Part shown: piece after piece, positions 57,565-64,000 of the stretch
Numbering within the stretch: the stretch's first letter is position 1
Layout: every line of letters starts with the position of its first letter
Assembly (NCBI GenBank): GCA_045590555.1
Contig: JAZNRC010000023.1
Coordinates: forward strand, 2,915 to 66,914
Direction of reading: 5' to 3'
Length of the DNA stretch: 64,000 nucleotides
Source of the DNA: Lachnospiraceae bacterium
Lineage (GTDB): Bacteria; Bacillota; Clostridia; Lachnospirales; Lachnospiraceae
Notes under the pieces: model-generated
The model's database searches: none
Told to the model about the DNA's origin: nothing
Seen by the model: only the letters and a program-made list of their open reading frames with translations
Translations under genes and position numbers: made by a program

Positions 57565-58842
57565 TTATCTAATTTCGCTCTTTCCACCCATATAAGGTCT
57601 CAATGCCTCAGGAATACGAACGGAACCGTCTTCCTGATAGTTATTCTCCAAGAATGCAATAAGTGCACGGGGTGTAGCCAATACAGTATTGTTTAAGGTA
57701 TGCACATAGTAAGTACCGTTTTCACCCTTGGTACGAATTTTCAAACGTCTTGCCTGCGCATCACCTAAAGTTGAGCAAGAACCAACCTCAAAATATTTCT
57801 GCTGTCTGGGGCTCCATGCTTCCACGTCGCAGGATTTTACTTTTAAGTCAGCTAAGTCACCGCTACAGCATTCCAAAGTACGAACGGGAATGTCTAAACT
57901 GCGGAAAAATTCTACCGAGTACTGCCACATCTTGTTGTACCAATCCATGGAATCTTCGGGTTTACATAAAACTACCATTTCCTGCTTTTCAAACTGATGC
58001 ACACGATATACACCACGCTCTTCCATACCATGAGCGCCTACTTCCTTACGGAAACAGGGTGAGTATGAGGTCATGGCAATGGGTAACTGGCTTTCTTCCA
58101 CGATTTCGCCCTGGAATTTGCCAATCATGGAGTGCTCGGAAGTACCGATTAAGAATAAGTCTTCACCCTCAATTTTATACATCATTGCTTCCATTTCCGC
58201 AAAACTCATAACGCCGTTTACCACGTCACTACGAATCATAAAAGGCGGAATGCAATAGGTAAATCCTTTATCAATCATAAAATCTCTGGCATAGCTAATC
58301 ATAGCTGAGTGAATTCTTGCAGCATCGCCCATTAAGTAGTAGAAACCTTCACCACTGGTTCTTCCTGCAGCCTTCTTGTCCAAACCATTCATACTATTAA
58401 TAATATCTGCATGGAAAGGAACTTCGTATTCCGGAACAACGGGATCGCCGTACTTCTGGATTTCAACATTTTCGGAGTCATCCTTACCGATGGGAACACT
58501 TTCATCAATGATATTAGGAATTACCATCATGATTTTGGTAGTTTTTTCTTCCAGCTCTTTCTGCTTTGCTTCAAGCTCTGTTAAACGCTGTGCACCTTCG
58601 GCAACCTGCTTTTTTACTTCTTCAGCTTCTTCTTTTTTACCCTGAGCCATTAACGCACCGATTTGCTTCGCAATTTTATTTTTATTTGCTTTGATATCAT
58701 CAACTTCCTGCTGTGTTTTTCTTCTTTCAGCATCAAGTTCAATTACCTCATCCACCAATGCAATCTTCTCATCCTGGAATTTCTTTCGGATATTCTCTTT
58801 TACCAATTCCGGATTTTCTCTCAAAAACTTAATATCAATCAT
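57565..58842 (-). CDS. serS: Serine--tRNA ligase
   Basis: MIDIKFLRENPE, LIGTSEH, CFRKEVGAHG, GVYRVHQFEKQE, VHTLNNT. Confidence 0.97.
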   Translation of the reverse strand: MIDIKFLRENPELVKENIRKKFQDEKIALVDEVIELDAERRKTQQEVDDIKANKNKIAKQIGALMAQGKKEEAEEVKKQVAEGAQRLTELEAKQKELEEKTTKIMMVIPNIIDESVPIGKDDSENVEIQKYGDPVVPEYEVPFHADIINSMNGLDKKAAGRTSGEGFYYLMGDAARIHSAMISYARDFMIDKGFTYCIPPFMIRSDVVNGVMSFAEMEAMMYKIEGEDLFLIGTSEHSMIGKFQGEIVEESQLPIAMTSYSPCFRKEVGAHGMEERGVYRVHQFEKQEMVVLCKPEDSMDWYNKMWQYSVEFFRSLDIPVRTLECCSGDLADLKVKSCDVEAWSPRQQKYFEVGSCSTLGDAQARRLKIRTKGENGTYYVHTLNNTVLATPRALIAFLENNYQEDGSVRIPEALRPYMGGKSEIR

Positions 58843-58958
58843 GACTTCCTCCATTTTAGGCTCTTGCCTTATTTTATTATTATCTTCTTTGCTGTTTTTA
58901 TTTTATAAAAAACAATTTAGCAATATATTTTTGAAAAGGTCTAAAAGAATTTCAAAAC

Positions 58959-59471
58959 CTACTCTTCGTTCATTGCCTTCTCTAATGCATATCTTTCTTC
59001 ATTGCCCAAGGCTACATCACTTTCACCATTTTTGATTTTTTTGGTGTAAGAATAGCAACCATCACTGCTATGTACTGAATTCAGAACAAAACCATCGTTT
59101 TCTTCATCCAACATAACAAGACAAAAACTCAGCTTTCCGCCCATCTCCTTAAATGCATCATATTTTACGATAGCACATTTCTGGAAGGTTGTTTTATGTT
59201 TTTTATACAAGTCTTTAATTTGTCTGGAATGAGCATCCGATGTTTTCTTTAAAATATCATGTGTCTCACACAATTGCATAATCTGATTTTCTAAAGATTT
59301 GGCATTTTTACCCTGCAAAAACTTATCGTATTTTTGACGAAGTTTTTTATTCTGATTTATTTGAATAATTACCAGAACAGCTAAGGCAATAATACATACC
59401 AACATAAAAATGAAAATATAAGCAATGTCCAAATTTCCCAGGCCCATTGACTCAAATAATTTACTGTTCAT
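58959..59471 (-). CDS. DUF4446 family protein
   Basis: N-terminal TM; VKYDAFKEMGGKLSF, DGCYSYTKKIKNG. Confidence 0.82.
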   Translation of the reverse strand: MNSKLFESMGLGNLDIAYIFIFMLVCIIALAVLVIIQINQNKKLRQKYDKFLQGKNAKSLENQIMQLCETHDILKKTSDAHSRQIKDLYKKHKTTFQKCAIVKYDAFKEMGGKLSFCLVMLDEENDGFVLNSVHSSDGCYSYTKKIKNGESDVALGNEERYALEKAMNEE

Positions 59472-59604
59472 AAGTTCTCTCCCCGTTTGTACTTTATACT
59501 TGTATTTTGAAAATTCGTACATATTTATATTAAATTACTTTTGTAATTTTTATATAATAACCTACAATACGTGGCATACATTTTAAAATACATCATATAT
59601 ATTG

Positions 59605-60510
59605 TTATTTCATAATAATATCTATCAAACGATCTAATTCCTCGTGAGAGAAGAATTCCACTTCAATCTTCCCTGCACCATTTTCTTTTGCTACGATGCT
59701 GACTTTGGTACTGAGTTTTCCTTTTAATGTTTCTTCGATTTCCTGATAGATTGCGGTGAGCTGCTTTTCTTTGCTCTTTTTCTGTACCTTTGTTTTTCCT
59801 AAATTTTTAACTAATTTTTCTATGTCACGTACAGATAATTTTTCATCGAATACTTTCTGAGCTAAGATGTATTGTTGCTCCGGATCTTCAATTGCAAGTA
59901 AAGCTCTGGCATGTCCGGTAGTAATCATTTCATCAATCACCATCTGCTGCACTTCATCGGATAATTTCAACAAACGCATAGAATTGGTAACCGCAGTACG
60001 ACTCTTGGATACACGTTCTGCTACTTCATCCTGCTTTAAATTAAATTCCGTTAAAAGTCTTTTATATGCTTGTGCTTCTTCGATAGGATTTAAATCTTCA
60101 CGCTGAATATTTTCAATTAATGCAATTTCTACAATTTCCTGTTCCGTTAAGTTACGAATGATAACCGGCACTTCTTTTAAACCGGCAATATTAGCTGCTC
60201 TCCAACGACGTTCACCTGCGATAATTTCATAATAATCATCTCTTTCCTGTACAAGAATAGGTTGAAGAACGCCAAATTGCTTAATGGATTCTGCCAACTC
60301 CTGTAATGCATCTTCATCAAAGTTTTTACGGGGCTGCTCACGATTAGGTTCCACTTTTGAAATTTTTACGTTTACAACGCCATCTTTATCAGCAACCTTC
60401 GTAGGTTTTTCTACTGTTTTAGTAACTCCACCACTGGGAATTAATGCATCAAGACCTTTTCCGATTCTTGCCTTTTTTCCTGCTTCTTTACTCTGTCCGC
60501 CTAATGCCAT
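59605..60510 (-). CDS. parB: ParB/Spo0J chromosome partitioning protein
   Basis: IGKGLDALIP, PNREQPRKNF, IIAGERRWRAA, ENIQREDLNPIEEA. Confidence 0.96.
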   Translation of the reverse strand: MALGGQSKEAGKKARIGKGLDALIPSGGVTKTVEKPTKVADKDGVVNVKISKVEPNREQPRKNFDEDALQELAESIKQFGVLQPILVQERDDYYEIIAGERRWRAANIAGLKEVPVIIRNLTEQEIVEIALIENIQREDLNPIEEAQAYKRLLTEFNLKQDEVAERVSKSRTAVTNSMRLLKLSDEVQQMVIDEMITTGHARALLAIEDPEQQYILAQKVFDEKLSVRDIEKLVKNLGKTKVQKKSKEKQLTAIYQEIEETLKGKLSTKVSIVAKENGAGKIEVEFFSHEELDRLIDIIMK

Positions 60511-60623
60511 TCTTTTTTCCTCCTCTTACGCAACCCTTCCCCCGGGTATATGTTTACTCTTGTCTAAATTATTTATACTTGAACTGGTTTCTCTTATTTC
60601 TTCATTATTTAATAAGATGATTT

Positions 60624-61388
<765 letters not shown>

Positions 61389-61547
61389 ATTACACTCCAT
61401 TTCTTAATAGGATTTCTTTTTTCTCTCTTTTCCCAGCTATGAGATTATACCACTAAATGAAAATATTATCCATATGAAAAATCTTTTTTTCTATAAGAAA
61501 ATTTTTATTTTTTATCCTCAATTTCCTATATATTGTGGTAGTGGATT

Positions 61548-61556
61548 TGTGGATAA
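61548..61556 (-). promoter_or_regulatory. DnaA box
   Basis: TGTGGATAA = reverse complement of consensus TTATCCACA. Confidence 0.6.
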
Positions 61557-61638
61557 AAGGGGTATAAATATTAAATATGGAATGTTTCACGATATTTAGT
61601 AAAATGTTTCACATTTTTTAGACTATATATTGATAAAA

Positions 61639-61654
61639 TGTTTCACGTGAAACA
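61639..61654. other. parS site 1
   Basis: TGTTTCACGTGAAACA, perfect match to the Firmicute parS consensus, upstream of parAB. Confidence 0.93.
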
Positions 61655-61689
61655 TAATATCTTGTGTTTGTAGGAAATAGCATGTTTAA

Positions 61690-61705
61690 TGTTTCACGTG
61701 AAACA
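61690..61705. other. parS site 2 (within a 32-bp perfect palindrome)
   Basis: ATGTTTAATGTTTCACGTGAAACATTAAACAT at 61682-61713. Confidence 0.93.
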
Positions 61706-61720
61706 TTAAACATATCATTA

Positions 61721-61729
61721 TGTGGATAA
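61721..61729 (-). promoter_or_regulatory. DnaA box
   Basis: TGTGGATAA, 16 bp from parS2. Confidence 0.6.
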
Positions 61730-61787
61730 CAAATCATATAAAAGTAAAATAAACACAAGATATTGATAAAATATAAAATTCAATCTA

Positions 61788-62426
61788 TCATAAATCAATA
61801 TAATGATTTTTTATTGCATAGATAGCAGCCTGAGTTCGATCGTTAACACTTAGTTTTCTATAGATATGCTCTAAATGATTCTTTACTGTTTCTTCTTTAA
61901 TATGTAAAAATAAAGCTATTTCTTTATTCATCATACCGGAAATAACGCACTTTAATATTTGCAACTCTCTTTTTGTTAATGTTCGCCTTTTATTCTGTTT
62001 ATTCAAATGATACTGAAAATAATATTTCTCTAATCTATGATCAATATACTGCTTCCCTTGATAAACGAATTGTATTGCAATATCTAACTCAGAAAAGCTG
62101 GTATTTTTTAAAACATATCCATCTGCACCAATATCTAAAGCAAAAGATAGATGATAATAATCATCATAACACGTTAAGAAAATTATTTTAATATGATAAT
62201 ATCTTTGCTTAATTTGTTCAAAAATTGTAAACCCATCTTCGCCGGGTATACGAATATCTAATAAAAGTACGTCTACTGTATTCTCGGTTTTACTTAAAAG
62301 TGATATGCATTCTTTTGCGTTATAAGCAGAAAAAACAACCGTATAGTTACGGCTGTTTTCAAAAATATAGCGAATACCATTACAAAAAATAGAATGATCA
62401 TCAACAACACCAATTCGAATACTCAT
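61788..62426 (-). CDS. NarL/LuxR family response regulator (DegU-like)
   Basis: VVDDH, LLDIRIP, GADGYVLK, LTKRELQIL..GMMNKEIA..TVKNHLEHIYRKL.VNDRTQAA. Confidence 0.92.
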   Translation of the reverse strand: MSIRIGVVDDHSIFCNGIRYIFENSRNYTVVFSAYNAKECISLLSKTENTVDVLLLDIRIPGEDGFTIFEQIKQRYYHIKIIFLTCYDDYYHLSFALDIGADGYVLKNTSFSELDIAIQFVYQGKQYIDHRLEKYYFQYHLNKQNKRRTLTKRELQILKCVISGMMNKEIALFLHIKEETVKNHLEHIYRKLSVNDRTQAAIYAIKNHYIDL

Positions 62427-62443
62427 ATCTTCTCCCTCCGGAA

Positions 62444-63109
62444 TTATAGTATTTGTTCAAAATCTTTGGTAAGGGATAAGATATCATCCTTTAATTTTTT
62501 AAGTTCTAACTTCGCGCGCATAGGATCATTATCCATATATTTTTCTATCATATCAATTGTATGGATAAGAAAAGAAAATTTCTCAGTTGGTCCTTCTTTT
62601 AATCTTTTCATTAAAAGATTTTCTTTCTGTTCATACTCTTTTATGATAGCATCTGTTCTTTCTTTTAAAATTCTTTTTTCTTCCTCAAAAGAATCTCTGG
62701 AATCGGAAACTTCTTTCAATATAGCTTTATTACTCTCTAAAATGGCAATAGTAGAATCTAATCTTTTAATTCTCTCTTCACTGCTTTTTTTAATGTCTTC
62801 AAGATTAGAAAGTTCATCTTTTTTCTTTTGCGTATCAGAGAAGTCAATTACCTTTCCGGTATCATATAGACCATCCGAAACAGAGCTTGTATTTTTAGAA
62901 ATTACTCCTCGAGGTGAAAATACAAAAGCATCACTATTTTGATGAGTAGATAAATAAGAAAGATATTTTTCTGCTTCTTTCATATCATTTGTAATTTGCT
63001 CTAAACTTTTCTTTTCTCTGTCCAGTTCTTCACAATAACTTAAATACAATTCTTTCACGGAATCATAAACGGAACTAACTTCAGTAAGGAAAATTTTCTG
63101 TTCTTCCAT
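62444..63109 (-). CDS. DegS-like coiled-coil protein with degenerate HisKA_3 and no ATPase domain
   Basis: Long coiled coil; RLKEGP in place of the (I/L)HDGP H-box; stop 18 bp before the RR start. Confidence 0.6.
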   Translation of the reverse strand: MEEQKIFLTEVSSVYDSVKELYLSYCEELDREKKSLEQITNDMKEAEKYLSYLSTHQNSDAFVFSPRGVISKNTSSVSDGLYDTGKVIDFSDTQKKKDELSNLEDIKKSSEERIKRLDSTIAILESNKAILKEVSDSRDSFEEEKRILKERTDAIIKEYEQKENLLMKRLKEGPTEKFSFLIHTIDMIEKYMDNDPMRAKLELKKLKDDILSLTKDFEQIL

Positions 63110-63176
63110 AATACCCCCTGTAAAAAAACAACACAATAGTCTCACATTTTTATCGAAATAATACTTAATTTTTTAA

Positions 63177-63950
63177 TCAACACAACGGTTCCTTTGCAGG
63201 CAGACCTGCTTTTCTCGGATATTTCTTCGGTGTGCTTTTCTCTTTCTGTATTACAAGTAAATTACGATATATATCCGAATTAGGTAAATGAAAATCAATT
63301 TGTTGTTTAATATTTCCACCTAAAATTGTAATTGAATTACCGGCAAGTGACATTTCATCTGCCAATCGCTCTGATTTATACGAAATAAAATTTCCACCAA
63401 TTTTAACAAAAGGAAGACAATATTCAGAAAGAGTAGAAAGATTAGCTACTGCTCTGGATACAGCAAAATCATAGCTTTCTCTATGTTGTTGATTTTTTGC
63501 TAAATCTTCTGCTCGGGAATGTATTGTTTTTATATTTGTAAGTTCAATCGTCATAATTACTTCATTTAAAAAATTAATTCTTTTATTTAAAGAATCCATT
63601 AAAGTAAATTGTGCCTTCGGAAAAAGAATTGCCAAAGGAATACCCGGAAAACCTGCACCGGTTCCTACATCAATCATAGTAAAATGCTTTTCTGATATAT
63701 TTTTGGAAAGCATAACTTTATCTTCAGAAATATCTTTTATATTTTTCAAATATTGTACAAAAGATAAACTGTCCAAAAAATGTTTTTTCAATACTTCATC
63801 AAATTCCGTAATAGCAGTTAAATTCATAAAAGAATTCCACTCTACCAGCAATTCATAAAATTTCAGAAACTGTTCATCCTGTTTCTCTGTAAGAACAATT
63901 CCCCATTCGGACAAATCCTTATGAAATTGTGTCAGATCGGATGTATTCAT
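63177..63950 (-). CDS. rsmG: 16S rRNA m7G527 methyltransferase (GidB)
   Basis: NLTAITE, KHFLDSL, DVGTGAGFPGIPL, SRAVANL, YPRKAGLP. Confidence 0.96.
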   Translation of the reverse strand: MNTSDLTQFHKDLSEWGIVLTEKQDEQFLKFYELLVEWNSFMNLTAITEFDEVLKKHFLDSLSFVQYLKNIKDISEDKVMLSKNISEKHFTMIDVGTGAGFPGIPLAILFPKAQFTLMDSLNKRINFLNEVIMTIELTNIKTIHSRAEDLAKNQQHRESYDFAVSRAVANLSTLSEYCLPFVKIGGNFISYKSERLADEMSLAGNSITILGGNIKQQIDFHLPNSDIYRNLLVIQKEKSTPKKYPRKAGLPAKEPLC

Positions 63951-64000
63951 TATAAACCTCACTTTTATATATTATCTCAAAAAACAAATTTATTCTGAAT

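Noticed and set aside
58843-58958. T-box leader for serS
   Set aside because: Only ~115 bp of intergenic space and no T-box consensus (AAGGTGGTACCGCG-like); serS appears to follow DUF4446/parB directly.

Overview
64 kb of core chromosome from a low-GC Firmicute, most likely Lachnospiraceae/Clostridia (inferred from gene content such as DUF3881, DUF4446 and the rsmG-HK-RR-parA-parB-serS order). The right end carries rsmG, parA/parB, a parS cluster and DnaA boxes, so oriC probably lies a few kb beyond 64000; most genes point leftward, consistent with the leading strand. Housekeeping genes include exoA, ahcY, trmB, pyk, dtd, ilvBN, serS and tRNA-Arg(CCT). There is also a polar amino-acid ABC transporter, a 10-gene group-3-type Mrp/Mnh antiporter operon with four MrpD-like subunits, a VTC/DUF4956/CotH triad, a lipoprotein serpin, two ECF sigma/anti-sigma pairs and three two-component pairs. 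I see no integrase, transposase, phage gene, reverse transcriptase, CRISPR array or rRNA. The most notable non-gene signals are: (1) three dispersed ~135-155 nt long-hairpin elements (16.1, 18.1, 57.4 kb) sharing an invariant unpaired ACGCTCTCGCT and bulges, with many compensatory substitutions, each in sense just 3' of a gene and closed by a locus-specific stem; (2) a ~59-aa gene with its own promoter enclosed by 31-bp inverted repeats (33.4-33.8 kb). Notable protein-level oddities are a serpin with a CxxC straddling a predicted Glu-Ser scissile bond, a membrane protein with a YG-hexapeptide prion-like tail, and a DegS-like pseudo-kinase lacking its His and ATPase domain. Product names come from motif recognition, not database searches. 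Many starts were moved to the RBS-supported codon and differ from the ORF track.
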